Source: Octopus sinensis
Taxonomy: Eukaryota
Assembly: GCF_006345805.1 (NCBI RefSeq)
Contig: NW_021832384.1
Location: 62,001 to 126,000 of the forward strand
Direction: 5' to 3'
DNA length: 64,000 bases
The stretch's first letter is position 1, and each line of letters opens with the position of its first letter. The notes below the pieces were generated by a model. It saw nothing but the letters and a program-made list of their open reading frames with translations, was not told the origin of the DNA and searched no databases. Of the stretch, positions 25,509 to 38,208 are shown piece by piece. Position numbers and translations under genes: made by a program.

Positions 25509-28444
25509 CTAATAAAAATGTAAACTAGAACTTGGATTGCTCTCAGTTGGAGGTCTGTCCATTAATAACCAGAATATCAAGACAGTGTTTTGATACTGTA
25601 ACATATGTCTGCGTGTGTCTGAATAGATTCGGTTTCAACACACACCCACACACACCCTTTCCGTAACTGAGAGATAAGGTAACAAGATATATATAGAGAG
25701 AGAGTTTACCAATAATGTAAAAACTGACTCTATAGATAAGCTAGAAATGGTAAAAAAATGTCACCAGCAGGATTTGCAGATATTGATCGATTCCTGCTAA
25801 CATTTCAATACAACAGCCGAGGATTTCCATAGAAACGAATGTACAATTAATTAACAATGCACATTATAAAAGCAATTAAATGTTGACTACAATTAATTAT
25901 TTATACAGATTAATTACTACCAATCAATACTAACTAAATGAAACAGGCACCGGGGTTTTAATTAGTTTCCTGCTATTGATACTACTACTACTACTTCTAC
26001 TATTACGATTACAATTACTAAGGTGGTGAGCTGGTAAAACCATTAACACACTGAACAAAATACTTTCCTGCATTTCATCTGGTATGCTAATTTATTTAAA
26101 TATTTGACTGAGTTCAAATTCCACCCAGCTCTACTTTGTCTTTCATCCCTTTAGGGTCGATTTAATAAGTACCAGTCAACTACTGAGGTTTTTGTAATTG
26201 ACTTCCCCCTTTCCCATAAAAACTGCTGGCCTTGTGCTAAAGTTTGAAACCATTGTTATCATCAATATTATTATTATAGACCATCCGAACGTTGCCAGTG
26301 CCACCTTGGCTGGCTTCCGTGTCGCTGGCACGTTAAAAGCTCCAACCGATCGTGACCGATGCCGGACCGCCCCCTGGCACCTGTGCAGGTGGCACGTAAA
26401 AAGCACCCACTACACTCGCGGAGTGGTTGGCGTTAGGAAGGGCATCCAGCTGTAGAAACTCTGCTAGATCAGACTGGAGCCTGGGGCAGCCCCTGGCTTC
26501 CCAGACACCGGTCAAACCGTCAAACCCGTGCTGGCGCGGAAAACGGACGTTAAATGATGATGATGATGGGATTGGTAAAGAGATGTAGATGCTGCTGAGC
26601 AGAACCCAAAATGGTTTGGTAAAACAATTAAAGCAGAGGATGATTTTTAAAAAAGGCGGCGAGCTGGCAGAAACGTTAGCATGCCGGGCGAAATGCTTTG
26701 CGGTATTTCGTCTGCCGCTACGTTCTGAGTTCAAATTCCGCCGAGGTCAACTTTGCCTTTCATCCTTTCGGGGTCGATAAATTAAGTACCAGTAACGCGC
26801 TGGGGTCAATATAATCAACTTAATCCATTTGTCTGTCCTCTCTGTGTTTAGCCCCTTGTGGGTAGTAAAGAAGTAGGTATTTCGTCTGCCACTTTGTACC
26901 TGACACAACAAAAGAATTCCCATGATTGAGACGGATAATAGAAAGGGGTGCGGTAACTTAGGTGAGGTGCTGAGAAGTACGAGGTATTAGCTGTTAAGAC
27001 TAACTTACTCAGATATCCTTGTCTATGTGTCTCACTATGTTTGTCTTCAGCTTTTTACTGCTGTCTATATGTCTGTGTGTCTATCTCACAACATTTTTAT
27101 TTAGCATCTGCGACATCATCTACCTCCCAGACCCAGACCTATTCCCCACCCCCACCAACTGATATCTATGACTGACCATGCCTCTACCCATGTTCTCCAT
27201 TCTTTGCATTCACCTCTAAAAGTGTAAAGCCCATGGGATTGCACATAGAAAGTTCCTCTCCGAGGCACAAGTCTGACCAAGGTTATTTATGGAAGACCAG
27301 CAGTCTCCCATTCACACCAGCCTCCTCACCACCGATGTTATCCAGAGAAAAGGCAAAGGTCGATACAGCTTGGCACCAGAGACATTGCAACTCCTTTCAA
27401 CAGCTGAGCAAACTGGAGCAACATGACATATAGTGTCTTGCTCAAGAACACAACACACAGCCTGGTCCAGGAATTGAACTCACTACCTCATGATTGTAAG
27501 CCCAATGCTCTAACCACTGAGCCATGCACCTCCGCAATTCACCTCTATCGCCATCTTTATTCATCTGCTTCTTCCTTTTGCATCCTTGCAAACTGACATA
27601 CCTACCCACTCACCCTGTCCAATCCGCTGTACTACTTCTCTAACATTCAGCTTCCTGTAACCTAAAGGTATGTCCTGACACATCTTTACAACTATCTTCT
27701 TACTTTTCCAACTGGGGTAGCCATGTATCCCCTCTACAGCAAGCCACCTGTCCCTGTCCCTTTGTCATACTTTAATTTCCCATCACCCGGCATAAGGCCA
27801 CCTCCCTTGAAGCTGTACCTCGTCAGTTGTGGATCTGGCCTTGTGAGTTACTTGGTGAGCTCGCACGCGCCAGGGTCATGTAAAAAGCATCCAGTACACA
27901 CTGTAAAGTGGTTTGCACTCAGAAGGATATCCAGCTATAAAAACCACGACATTAGGGCTTGACGCAGTCCTATGCCTCACTGGCTCTTACTGAACCATCC
28001 AATCCCTGCCAGCATGAAAAACGGATGTTAAATAATGATGATGATGATAACGAAGACTTTTAACACTCAAAATGTTACATATATTAGCATTAACTTACTA
28101 AAATATTTGATAGAAATTCATGAAATATAATCATATGCCACTGCCATAAAAAATGGTAATTCTTCAAAGAAATGATAAGTGTTTCTAGAAAGCTTTGAAT
28201 GATGTTATATGGTTTGATCATCCCAGTCTAAGTATATGCATATATGTGGTGAAATGGAACCGAACGTACTTAATGTAATGATTAAAAAAATTTCTTAATT
28301 AAAATTACACCTAGCAAGAAGAAAAAGAAAAAAAAAATCATTAGTTTTAATGATAAAGGATGGGCAGAGATGGGAATTTTGAATTAAAAAATTAAATGAA
28401 GAGGAGGAAAGCACTGGAGGAGTTAATGTAGAGTTTTGCCATAA

Positions 28445-28770
28445 TAATAATGATGATAATGATAACAATTTCTTTTATTTGCCACAGGGGCATCAGATGA
28501 GAGGAACATTACACAGACTGCTTACAGCTTGCGCGTGGGTGTTTACATGGAAGGTGAAGGAAAAGGAGGAGATGGTGAAATAAGATAAAAGTATACAGAA
28601 TATGCAAAGTATGTGAACACTTGAATGATGGAGTCCTCCTGATACTGGTGAACCTCCAACTAGGGTCAATCAAAGAAACTCCACAGATCCAGGATCACCC
28701 TGACCACCAAAAGAACAAGCCCTTGCCCAAATGTTGTTCTCCAGTCTATGGCTACAAGCTTAACGTAGGT
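28445..28770 (-). mobile_element. LINE 3' end with AATAAA and (ATT)n tail
   Basis: Minus strand HRLENNIWARACSFGGQGDPGSVEFL*, a pyrimidine-rich UTR, AATAAA, then (ATT/ATC)n. Confidence 0.4.
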
Positions 28771-28856
28771 TCATTCATCTTAACCCTTTTTGCTACCCAT
28801 CTTTTGACAAATAATAATCCTTTCTACTACAGGCACAAAACTGGGAAATTTTTTGA

Positions 28857-28887
<31 letters not shown>

Positions 28888-29062
28888 GACCTTAGTGTGC
28901 ATCTGGTACATCTTTTATTGATCCTACATGGATGAAAAACAGATGTTGATGCCAGTGGTATTTGAACTCAGAACATAACGAAGAGATGTCACTATGCATT
29001 TTGTTCAGCACTTTAACAATTCTGCCAGCTTGTCGCTTTAATAATAATAATAATAATAATAA

Positions 29063-30515
29063 TCATGGTTTCAAATTTTGCCACAAGGGTAGCAATTATT
29101 TTTGGGGAGGGAATGGGTCGATTACATTGACCCCAGTGTTTAACTGGTACTTATTTTATCGACCCTGAAAGGATGACAGGTAAAGCTGACCTTGACGGAA
29201 TTTGAACTCAGAACATACCAACGGGCGAAATACCCATTTCTTTACTACCCACAAGGGGCTAAACACAGAGAGGACAAACAAGAACAGACAGACAGATTAA
29301 GTCGGTTATATCGACCCCAGTGTGTAACTGGTACTTATTTAATCGACCCCGAAAGGATGAAAGGCAAAGTCGACCTCGGCGGAATTTGAACTCAGAACGT
29401 AACGGCAGACGAAATACGGCTACGCATTTCACCCGGTGTGCTAACGTTTCTGCCAGTTCGGGCGAAATACCACTAAACATTTCGTCCAGTGCACTAACGC
29501 TTCTACCAGCTTGCCACCTTAATGAAAATAATGATAATAATAATAATCCTTCCTCCTATAGGCACAAGGCCTCAAATTTTTGGGGAGGGGGACTAGTTGA
29601 TTACATCGACCCCAGTGTTTAACTGGTGCTTATTTCATCGACCCTGAAAAAAATGAAAGGTAAAGTTGACCTCGGCGGAATTTGAACCCAGAATGTAGCA
29701 ACGGGCGAAATACTGCTAAGCATTTCGTCCAGCATGCTAACAATTCTGCCAGCTCGCCACCTCAATAATAATAATAATAATAATAATATAATAATAATCA
29801 TGGTTTCAAATTTTGCCACAAGGGTAGCAATTATTTTTGGGGAGGGAATGGGTCGATTACATTGACCCCAGTGTTTAACTGGTACTTATTTTATCGACCC
29901 TGAAAGGATGACAGGTAAAGCTGACCTTGACGGAATTTGAACTCAGAACATACCAACGGGCGAAATACCCATTTCTTTACTACCCACAAGGGGCTAAACA
30001 CAGAGAGACAAACAAGAACAGACAGACAGATTAAGTCGGTTATATCGACCCCAGTGTGTAACTGGTACTTATTTAATCGACCCCGAAAGGATGAAAGGCA
30101 AAGTCGACCTCGGCGGAATTTGAACTCAGAACGTAACGGCAGACGAAATACGGCTACGCATTTCACCCGGTGTGCTAACGTTTCTGCCAGTTCGGGCGAA
30201 ATACCACTAACATTTCGTCCAGTGCACTAACGCTTCTACCAGCTTGCCACCTTAATGAAAATAATGATAATAATAATAATCCTTCCTCCTATAGGCACAA
30301 GGCCTCAAATTTTTGGGGAGGGGGACTAGTTGATTACATCGACCCCAGTGTTTAACTGGTGCTTATTTCATCGACCCTGAAAAAAATGAAAGGTAAAGTT
30401 GACCTCGGCGGAATTTGAACCCAGAATGTAGCAACGGGCGAAATACTGCTAAGCATTTCGTCCAGCATGCTAACAATTCTGCCAGCTCGCCACCTCAATA
30501 ATAATAATAATAATG
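29063..30515. repeat. Tandem duplication of ~735 bp within a SINE B chain
   Basis: tcatggtttcaaattttgccacaagggtagc starts at both 29063 and 29798; the copies differ by very few bases. Confidence 0.9.
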
Positions 30516-31759
30516 ATTTCAAATTTTTGCCACAAGGGCAGCTTGGAGGAGGGGTGACCCCAGTGCTTAACTGGTACTTATTTAATCGACCTCGAAAGGA
30601 TGGAAGGCAAAGTCGATCTTGGCGGAATTTGAACTCAGAATGTAACGGCAGACGAAATACCACGAATAATAATAATGATAATAAAAACTGATATAAAAGT
30701 TGGTTGATTTCTCCAGTCGTTTTTAGACTGTATAGAGAGAGGGAGATAGAGTGTAAAAGAGAAATACATAGAGAGAGTTAACGTAAGATGTGCAGGGCGA
30801 ATGCTAGGCTTGGTAGCAGGCAACGAGTAAAGGGAATGATCGCGTGCGCACGCACACACAGTGAGAGTGAAAAAAGAGAGATAAGAGATGTCGGATGAGC
30901 GTACATATTAGGCTAGGTGGCAGGTAATGAGTAAAAGAACACTATACATATAGTGAGAGAAGAAGGTATTAAAGGCAGGCAAGGATGAGAGGGAGCAAAA
31001 TGACAGAATAGTTATGGAAGGCGTTATACAAATAAAAAATTTCTTTTATACTTCATTTTACTTTAAGGCGTAGGAGTGGATGTGTGGTAAGTAGCTTGCT
31101 TACGAACCACATGGTTCCGGGTTCAGTCCCACTGCGCGACACCTTGGGCAAGTCTCTTCTACTATAGCCCCGGGCCAACCAAAGCCTTGTGAGTGGATTT
31201 GGTAGACGGAAACTGAAAGAAGCCTGTCGTATATTTATTTTATTATTTTTTTTATTTATCTAGTTTCAGCTCACAAGCTGTGGCCATGCTGGGGCACTGC
31301 CATATATGTATATATATATATATATGTATGTCTGTGTATATGTTTGTGTGTCTGTGTTTGTCCCCCCCAACATCGCTTGATAACCGATGCTGGTGTGCTT
31401 ACGTCCCCGTAACCTAGCGGTTCGGCAAAAGTGACCGATAGAAAAAGTACTAGGCTTACAAAGAATAAGTCCTGGGGTCGATTTGCTCGACCAAAAGCGG
31501 TGCTCCAGCATGGCCACAGTCAAATGACTGAAATAAGTAAAAGAGTAAAGAGAAAAAGTAAGGTATCACTTTCTTTTCTTTTGAAAATTAATATTTATTT
31601 CGTCATTTTGTATAAGCGCCAAGAAATTTGATAAAACTTAAATCATAGTTAAGCCATATTTTTTGATAGTACCCACGAAGGCAAAACATTCCTCTTGGAG
31701 TTACCCGTCATAGAAGGGTAACTCTAGTTACTAATAAACAGATAGCATACCTCTCTTAC

Positions 31760-31853
31760 GTAGTCAGCACTTAGCCTTAATAGATACTTTTGAGATAATG
31801 TTTTCAATATCATAGAATTAAAAATATATATGAAAGGTAATAAAATATGCCGC
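31760..31853 (-). CDS. Candidate exon, unidentified minus-strand gene
   Basis: cattgcacag| ... C|GTAAGA. Open only in phase 2/0: RHILLPFIYIFNSMILKTLSQKYLLRLSADY. Confidence 0.3.
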
Positions 31854-33588
31854 CTGTGCAATGAGATATATATCCTGGGTATAAAAACAAGAGGCTGTTT
31901 ATTCTCCAAAGCAGCCTCGCCCAAAACCTTTATCTCTTTCTGTCACGATAATTCAACACAAACCGTTTTCTCGCTATATTTTCTTAACAGGTTTTTGCTG
32001 ACGCATACCGTCAGCGCCTCCCCTAACAATGCACCCTACCAACCTACTAGGGCTGGACCTACGTGGTCGACCCATTTGCATATAATCAGCAACCAAATCG
32101 CCCTCAAACTACATGCTAGTCTTAAATAAATACTACTACGGGCACTGGTGTATCTATCTTAATACGCAATCGCACACAATAGTCACAGCTGGAACGCCTT
32201 GGCTCAGACTTCTTACTGACAGGGGACTTGATCAGGAGCTAAGAACAACAACTTTACTTCCTATAAATGAATACGTGTTGAGACAAGTTTTTCTCAAATT
32301 TCTGCACTTGAAACACAAGACAAACCCCCTACCTCAGATTCATGGGGTAGCGGTGGTGGGATGGATCAGGTGATTTTCAAAACTATTTAGCTACGACACA
32401 AGTTGAGTGAAAGAAAGAAAGAAAAAAAAAAAAACTTCGACAGGACATGCCGGCTCAGGTTACCGGCTGTCCATCACTCGTCCGATGATAGCATTTCACG
32501 ATAGTCAACAAGGCAGCCAAAGGTAACCACCATATCTGCCTCAAATCATATCCTATCGTCCTAATAATAATAATAATCATAAAAAGTGTGAATACCTATT
32601 TCTTTATTACCCACAAGGGGCTAAACACAGAGGGGAAAACAAGGACAGACATAGGTATTAAGTCGATTACATCGAACCCAGTGCGTAACTGGTACTTAAT
32701 TTATCGACCCCGAAAGGATGAAAGGCAAAGTCGACCTCGGCGGAATTTGAACTCACAACGTAACGCAGACGAAATACCTCTAAGCATTTCGCCTGGCGTG
32801 CTAACGTTTCTGCCAGCTCGCCGTTAATTGTTACAAAATTAAAAAAAAAAAAAAGGATATCGGAGCAGACGTAGTTGTGTGGTCCAGAAACTTGCTCCGC
32901 AACCATGTGGGTTGGGTTTCAAGTTCCACCGCGCGGAGTGAATACCGTTTACTACTTTTGAAAATAAAATGGGATAGTCACATTTGGAACGCATTCGATT
33001 AGAATATGTATGGAGCTAAACAATGTGAAACATGCAACAAGGAAATAATGAGACCCTGTGATATTCATGCCTCACCCCAAGTTTTTAGCGCACCTAATAA
33101 TTCCTTTCGCCGTTAAATTGTTACAAAATTAAAAAGAAAAAAAAAAAAAGGATATCGGTGCAGACGTAGTTGTGTGGTCCAGAAACTTGCTCCGCAACCA
33201 TGTGGGTTTCAAGTTCCACCGCGCGGCACCTTGTGCAAGAGTTTTTTTGTTTGTTCATCTTGTAATAATTGTTGGAGAAAAGAATTGCCAGGTGCGCCAA
33301 AACCTTGGGGCGAGGCATGAACGTCACAAAGTCCCATTTTCTTCTTGCATGTTTGATCAGATGATTAAAGCTTTGAGTGGATTTGGAAGACGGAAACAAA
33401 GAAGCCCGTCTTATATATAGGCGTAGGAGTGACTGTGTGGTAAGTAGATAGCTTACGAACCACATGGTTCCGGGTTCAGTCCCACTGCGCGACACCTTGG
33501 TCAAGTGTCTTCTACTATAGCCTCGGGCCGACCAAAACCTCGTGAGTGGATTTGGTAGACGGAAACTGAAAGAAGCCCGTCGCATATA

Positions 33589-33621
<33 letters not shown>

Positions 33622-35019
33622 TTATGTATATATGTATGTGTGTATATGTTTGTGTCTGTGTTTGTCAACCGATGCTGGTGTGTTTACGTCCTCGTAACTT
33701 AGCGGTTCGGCAAAGAGACCAACAAAATAGTGCCTGGCTTAAAAAAAAAAATGGTTCCGGATTCAGTCCCACAGCGTGGCATCTTGGGCAAGTGTTTTCT
33801 GCTATAGCCCCGGGCCGACCAATGCCTTGTGAGTGGATTTGGTAGACGGAAACTGAAAGAAGCCTGTCGTATATATGTATATACATATAAGTGTGTGTGT
33901 ATATGTTTGTGTGTCTGTGTTTGTCCCCCTAGCATTGCTTGACAACCGATGCTGGTGTGTTTACGTCCCCGTTACTTAGCGGTTCGGCAAAAGAGACCGA
34001 TAGAATAAGTACTGGGCTTACAAAGAATAAGTAAAGGGGTAAAAAAGGTAATATACTGCGGTGTTCCAGCATGACTGCAGTGCAATAATGACGGCAACAA
34101 GTAAAAGATAAAAGATCGATTCATTGTGACTCATCATCTCGTTCAGGTAAAAACAAAAAACAAACAAACAAAAAAAAAAAAAAGACAGGTAAATATAAAG
34201 GAAGCACAGGGAAGCGCGAAGGGCCGTTGTTCATATATATCTTCCTGAAGCGAATAACAAATCCTAGTTTAAAATCGAAGTTTACATTTAACCGCGATTC
34301 GAAACCAGCCGAGTAACAAACAATAGGTGAGAGAATAAATAAAGGTATTTTAGAGACGTTGTACCTGAACGCACACACACACACACACACATGTTGCAAC
34401 ATAGATATGAATGGGCGTTATATCACCGACTGCTACTACAGCTATAGATTAAAAATAGATATATTAATGAATGGACAACTAGCGTAATCTAAGCATTGCT
34501 TTTTATCATTTTTAATAATGCTCTCTTACCTGTATGTGCATGTGTGTTTGTAAGTATCACATACACAATAGGAAAACAAAACGAGCAAAGGAAAGCTAAA
34601 CCGGCTAGAAATAGCAGCCGAATCTACTGCAAATACTATCCTTAACGTATTAGATATATTATACTAGAATATAACTGAAATGCATTTAATCACAATTCTA
34701 TGATTAATCAACAGGTAACAATAAAAAAAATCCTATTAATGGTTAATAAGCGTTGTTACAAGCAAGGTTTTATGTATATCGTTGCGATCATGCAGAAGTG
34801 TCCAAAGTCCAAAAAACGTGGCTTTTTCAGAAAACAAACAAATAGTTTCACCATTCCTGGGAAACTTTGGCATCTGAAGCAGCTGGAGGTACGATAGTTT
34901 GACCAAAAACAAACACACACACACAAAAAGTCTATTGCAAGCAAAAATAAATGTTGAAAAAAAGAAAAAAAAACGTATTTGGCTAAATTTGGACATACGA
35001 CAGGTTAACATAACACCAA

Positions 35020-35070
<51 letters not shown>

Positions 35071-35074
35071 TATT

Positions 35075-35377
35075 TATTATATAGAAGGAGCTTCTACAGG
35101 ACTAGAACTGTTTCATTCAAGAGAAATCTTCAGGAAGCTCATATATATATAAAATAATAATAATAAAATATTAGGGAATAAATCCAAACTTACAGGGGAA
35201 AAATCAGATTTAGGATTGAATCCAATTTTATAGTAAAATATTATATTATATTAAATTAAATTACAGATAAAACCACTATTAGGCAAATCATACAATGAAA
35301 AACTTAAGCCAATACATAAGATTAATTAATTTATATTATTTTAAATATATATCAAAATTATTAAAAAAAGATAATTA

Positions 35378-35378
<1 letters not shown>
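35075..35378 (-). mobile_element. Hammerhead-bearing insert flanked by (TA)n on both sides (Penelope-like pLTR remnant)
   Basis: AT-rich ~300 bp between two (TA)n tracts, containing the 35088-35140 motif. Confidence 0.5.
35088..35140 (-). ncRNA. Type I hammerhead ribozyme motif
   Basis: GAGCTTC-CTGAAGA-TTTC/TCTT/GAAT-GAA-ACAG/TTCTAGTC/CTGT-A-GAAGCTC: stem I 7 bp perfect, stem III 4 bp, GUA triplet, stem II 3 bp with a U.U closing mismatch. Confidence 0.8.
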
Positions 35379-35416
<38 letters not shown>

Positions 35417-36156
35417 CTAAAATAAGTCAGAAACTTTAGCTGTTCTTTCTAGCGTAAAGGATTCCTATGATGGAAACCACTTAATGTGTTATATATATAT
35501 ATATATAAAGTCGGTAAATCGTAAGTTTGAAAAAGACACACACGCTAAGTTATAGAACAGTATAGTTTAATCCTATAGACCGGCCTTATCTTTTATATAT
35601 ATATTATGTGTGAGAGAAAGAGAGAATTTAAGTGTGTATATTAATCAAAATCGCGTGTGTATACACACTCACACACAACAGAAATGGATCTTCCAATGAT
35701 GAAATAGCAAAGTGATTGCCGGTTCTGCTAGAAATAACAGTCAAACTTCCTTTTAATCATACACCCCGTCGTTTTACAAACGGAAATACATTGGAGAATG
35801 TAGTCTGGGAAGGAAAAAAACACACAGGAAATAAAAAAAGATCAACAGGATGGATGATTACGAGATGGGGGTGGTGCTATGGTTAAACAATACTTGTACG
35901 GATATAGTAGCGTTTAGTTTGGGGATCCCTGGATCAAGCGGACCTATGATGAACAGAAATAGCCAGCAGTATCATCGATTTTTCAAAAAAAAAAAAAAAA
36001 AATCCTTTCCCCTCCGAAATAGTGTATATATAATATCAACCAACGAGTACGCCACCCCATATTTCTTTTTATTAAAAAGGGTTGTGATTTGAGGGATTCT
36101 TTTTTTTTTTTGCTGCTATTTCTAGCAATGTCGATGGCGCGAGTAGGAGGCTTCAC

Positions 36157-36219
36157 CAATGGTTCTTCTATATTTCCAGAGTGGAAAATATGAGAATATA
36201 TACGACTGTCGACTATCGC
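36157..36219 (-). CDS. Candidate exon, unidentified minus-strand gene
   Basis: Polypyrimidine ...ttaccaacag| acceptor. Phase 1/1 reads (G)DSRQSYIFSYFPLWKYRRTI; donor G|GTGAAG. Alternative acceptors nearby. Confidence 0.3.
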
Positions 36220-36459
36220 CTGTTGGTAATAATAATAAGGATAAAGAAAGGCGTGAGCGGAGTCTGTGGAAACGGACAACAAAGCAGAGATGTGCAACAG
36301 GCTGCTGCTTTCTTTGCTATCCTCATCCATAACAGCTGCTCGGAATAAGAACCAGACGGGAATCCTATAGCTTCCACGAAACCCGATGATCAGTAATTAG
36401 ATACAAGGAACTATATGAGATAAATATATACAAATCGTGACTCAACCTAATCTGAATAA

Positions 36460-36460
36460 C

Positions 36461-36501
<41 letters not shown>

Positions 36502-36595
36502 CATACAAACACGTTCTACATACACAGGGCATAAAGTTTTAATTATTTCGGTATTATTTTATCATCATCCTATATATATATATATATATAATGTG

Positions 36596-36664
<69 letters not shown>

Positions 36665-36707
36665 GTGTGTGTATATATATATATATATATTATATATATA
36701 TATATAA

Positions 36708-36741
<34 letters not shown>

Positions 36742-36857
36742 ATGTGTGTGTATATATATATAATGGTGTGTATATATATATATATATTATATATATAATG
36801 TGTGTGTATAATATATATATATATAATATAATATATATATAATGTGTGTGTGTATAT

Positions 36858-36931
<74 letters not shown>

Positions 36932-37140
36932 ACACGTTCTACATACACAGGGCATAAAGTTTTAATTATTTCGGTAGTATTTTATCATCATTCCTATATA
37001 TATATATTTATATATATAGGGATGATGATAAAATAATACCAACACACACACACATATATATATATATATAGGGATGATGATAAAAGAAGACCCAAATAAT
37101 TAAAACTTTATGCCCTGTGTATATAGAACGTGTTTGTATG
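36460..37140. repeat. (TA)n/(TG)n tract with three copies of a ~70-bp motif (two direct, one inverted)
   Basis: aaacacgttctacatacacagggcataaagtttt... at 36502 and 36929; reverse complement at 37068-37140. Confidence 0.85.
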
Positions 37141-37556
37141 GCGTGAATCATTCTCGATAGACATCATCCACGTTACAGATGAGTGCTTTTTCGAAGAATA
37201 TTCTCAATAAATTTCCATTCCTAAGGAGCAGAGGAAAGGAATATAAAACAAAACAGAAAGAAAAATGTCAACTTTTTGCTAGAGTTTCCTTTTCGTGAAG
37301 AACACACACACAGACGTATATATATATACACACATATATATATATATATGTGTGTGTATATACACATACACACACATTATCAACGTAAGGTAATGTACCA
37401 GAAGAGATGTGTCGGTAGCTAACGATTTAGAGAGGAAGAACGTTTGAGGGCAGTAAGGTATAGAATATGGGATCAGCATGTCATAATTATGGTAGATATA
37501 CTTCGATATTTAAGGGGAATATATATAAATAAAGCGATGATTGTCAAAATACTTAC

Positions 37557-37566
37557 CAGACGCCAT
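37557..37566 (-). CDS. Candidate first coding bases of an unidentified divergent gene (MAS+G), or a uORF
   Basis: Minus strand reads gaaaATGGCGTCTG|GTAAGT: good start context and a perfect donor. Confidence 0.5.
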
Positions 37567-38128
37567 TTTCACGCTGGCTTATAGCCTCGTGCTCCGCAGT
37601 AAATGGATCGTCAAGAATGCGGTACAACACGGTAAATAAATAAATAAGAAAAAACTAAGCGAAAAGCACATCAATAAAAATGAAAAAAAAAAGCAGCAAC
37701 GGTCTGTTGTTGGTGAAAACAGAGAATAATTCAATAAATTTCGAACGAAGGAAAAAAAGCAACGAATAGTTTTATTGACAAAAATAAAAAATAATTCGCA
37801 GATTTTGTCGAGTTTCTATGTAATAAGAAAGACAAAAGGATTTCTTTCAAAGTATTCTCGTCTCCACACAAAATAAAACTTTTAACAAAGTACGAACTTT
37901 ACAACATTGTGAAACATTGTTCATTCAATAAATGAATAAATACTTACATATTTATCTATCAAATGGTAATTTGAATAAAAAGAAATAAAGTTTGCATTGC
38001 TATTTTTTTTTATTTATGTTTCTCAAATAAATGTTTCTCTTACTATCGCTTGATATTTTTCTGCGGACCTACGTTTGGCGGGAAAGGTGAATTTCTTGCT
38101 TTCGTGTTAAAAAGTTTTTCATGTTGTT
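37567..38128. promoter_or_regulatory. Putative bidirectional promoter / 5' UTR region
   Basis: Unique, CpG-containing, repeat-free ~560 bp between the WDHD1 ATG (+) and a minus-strand exon with a GTAAGT donor. Confidence 0.55.
38074..38085. promoter_or_regulatory. E2F-type binding site upstream of WDHD1
   Basis: TTTGGCGGGAAA, 44 nt upstream of the ATG, matches the E2F consensus on both strands; replication genes are classic E2F targets. Confidence 0.65.
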
Positions 38129-38208
38129 ATGGATCCTCTAGCGAAACCATCAATTCGATATGGACATAGTCCCGGTCACACAGATGTCTGCTATGATGAT
38201 TCTGGAAG
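38129..38208 (+). CDS. WDHD1: WDHD1/AND-1/Ctf4 coding exon 1
   Basis: ATG GAT CCT... encodes MDPLAKPSIRYGHSPGHTDVCYDDSG, resembling the vertebrate WDHD1 N-terminus (RYGHTEGHTEVCFDDSG, from memory). Donor AG|GTAAAA, phase 2. Confidence 0.93.

Noticed and set aside
35983-36330. 115-aa ORF MDEDSKESSS...
   Set aside because: Its 3' half is a repeat plus poly-A and its YYYY comes from (ATT)n preceding a strong acceptor; only part is plausibly exonic.
1-37566. SOCS4/5 orthologue expected from vertebrate synteny
   Set aside because: No SH2 or SOCS-box coding exon is visible in the window; kept only as a hypothesis.
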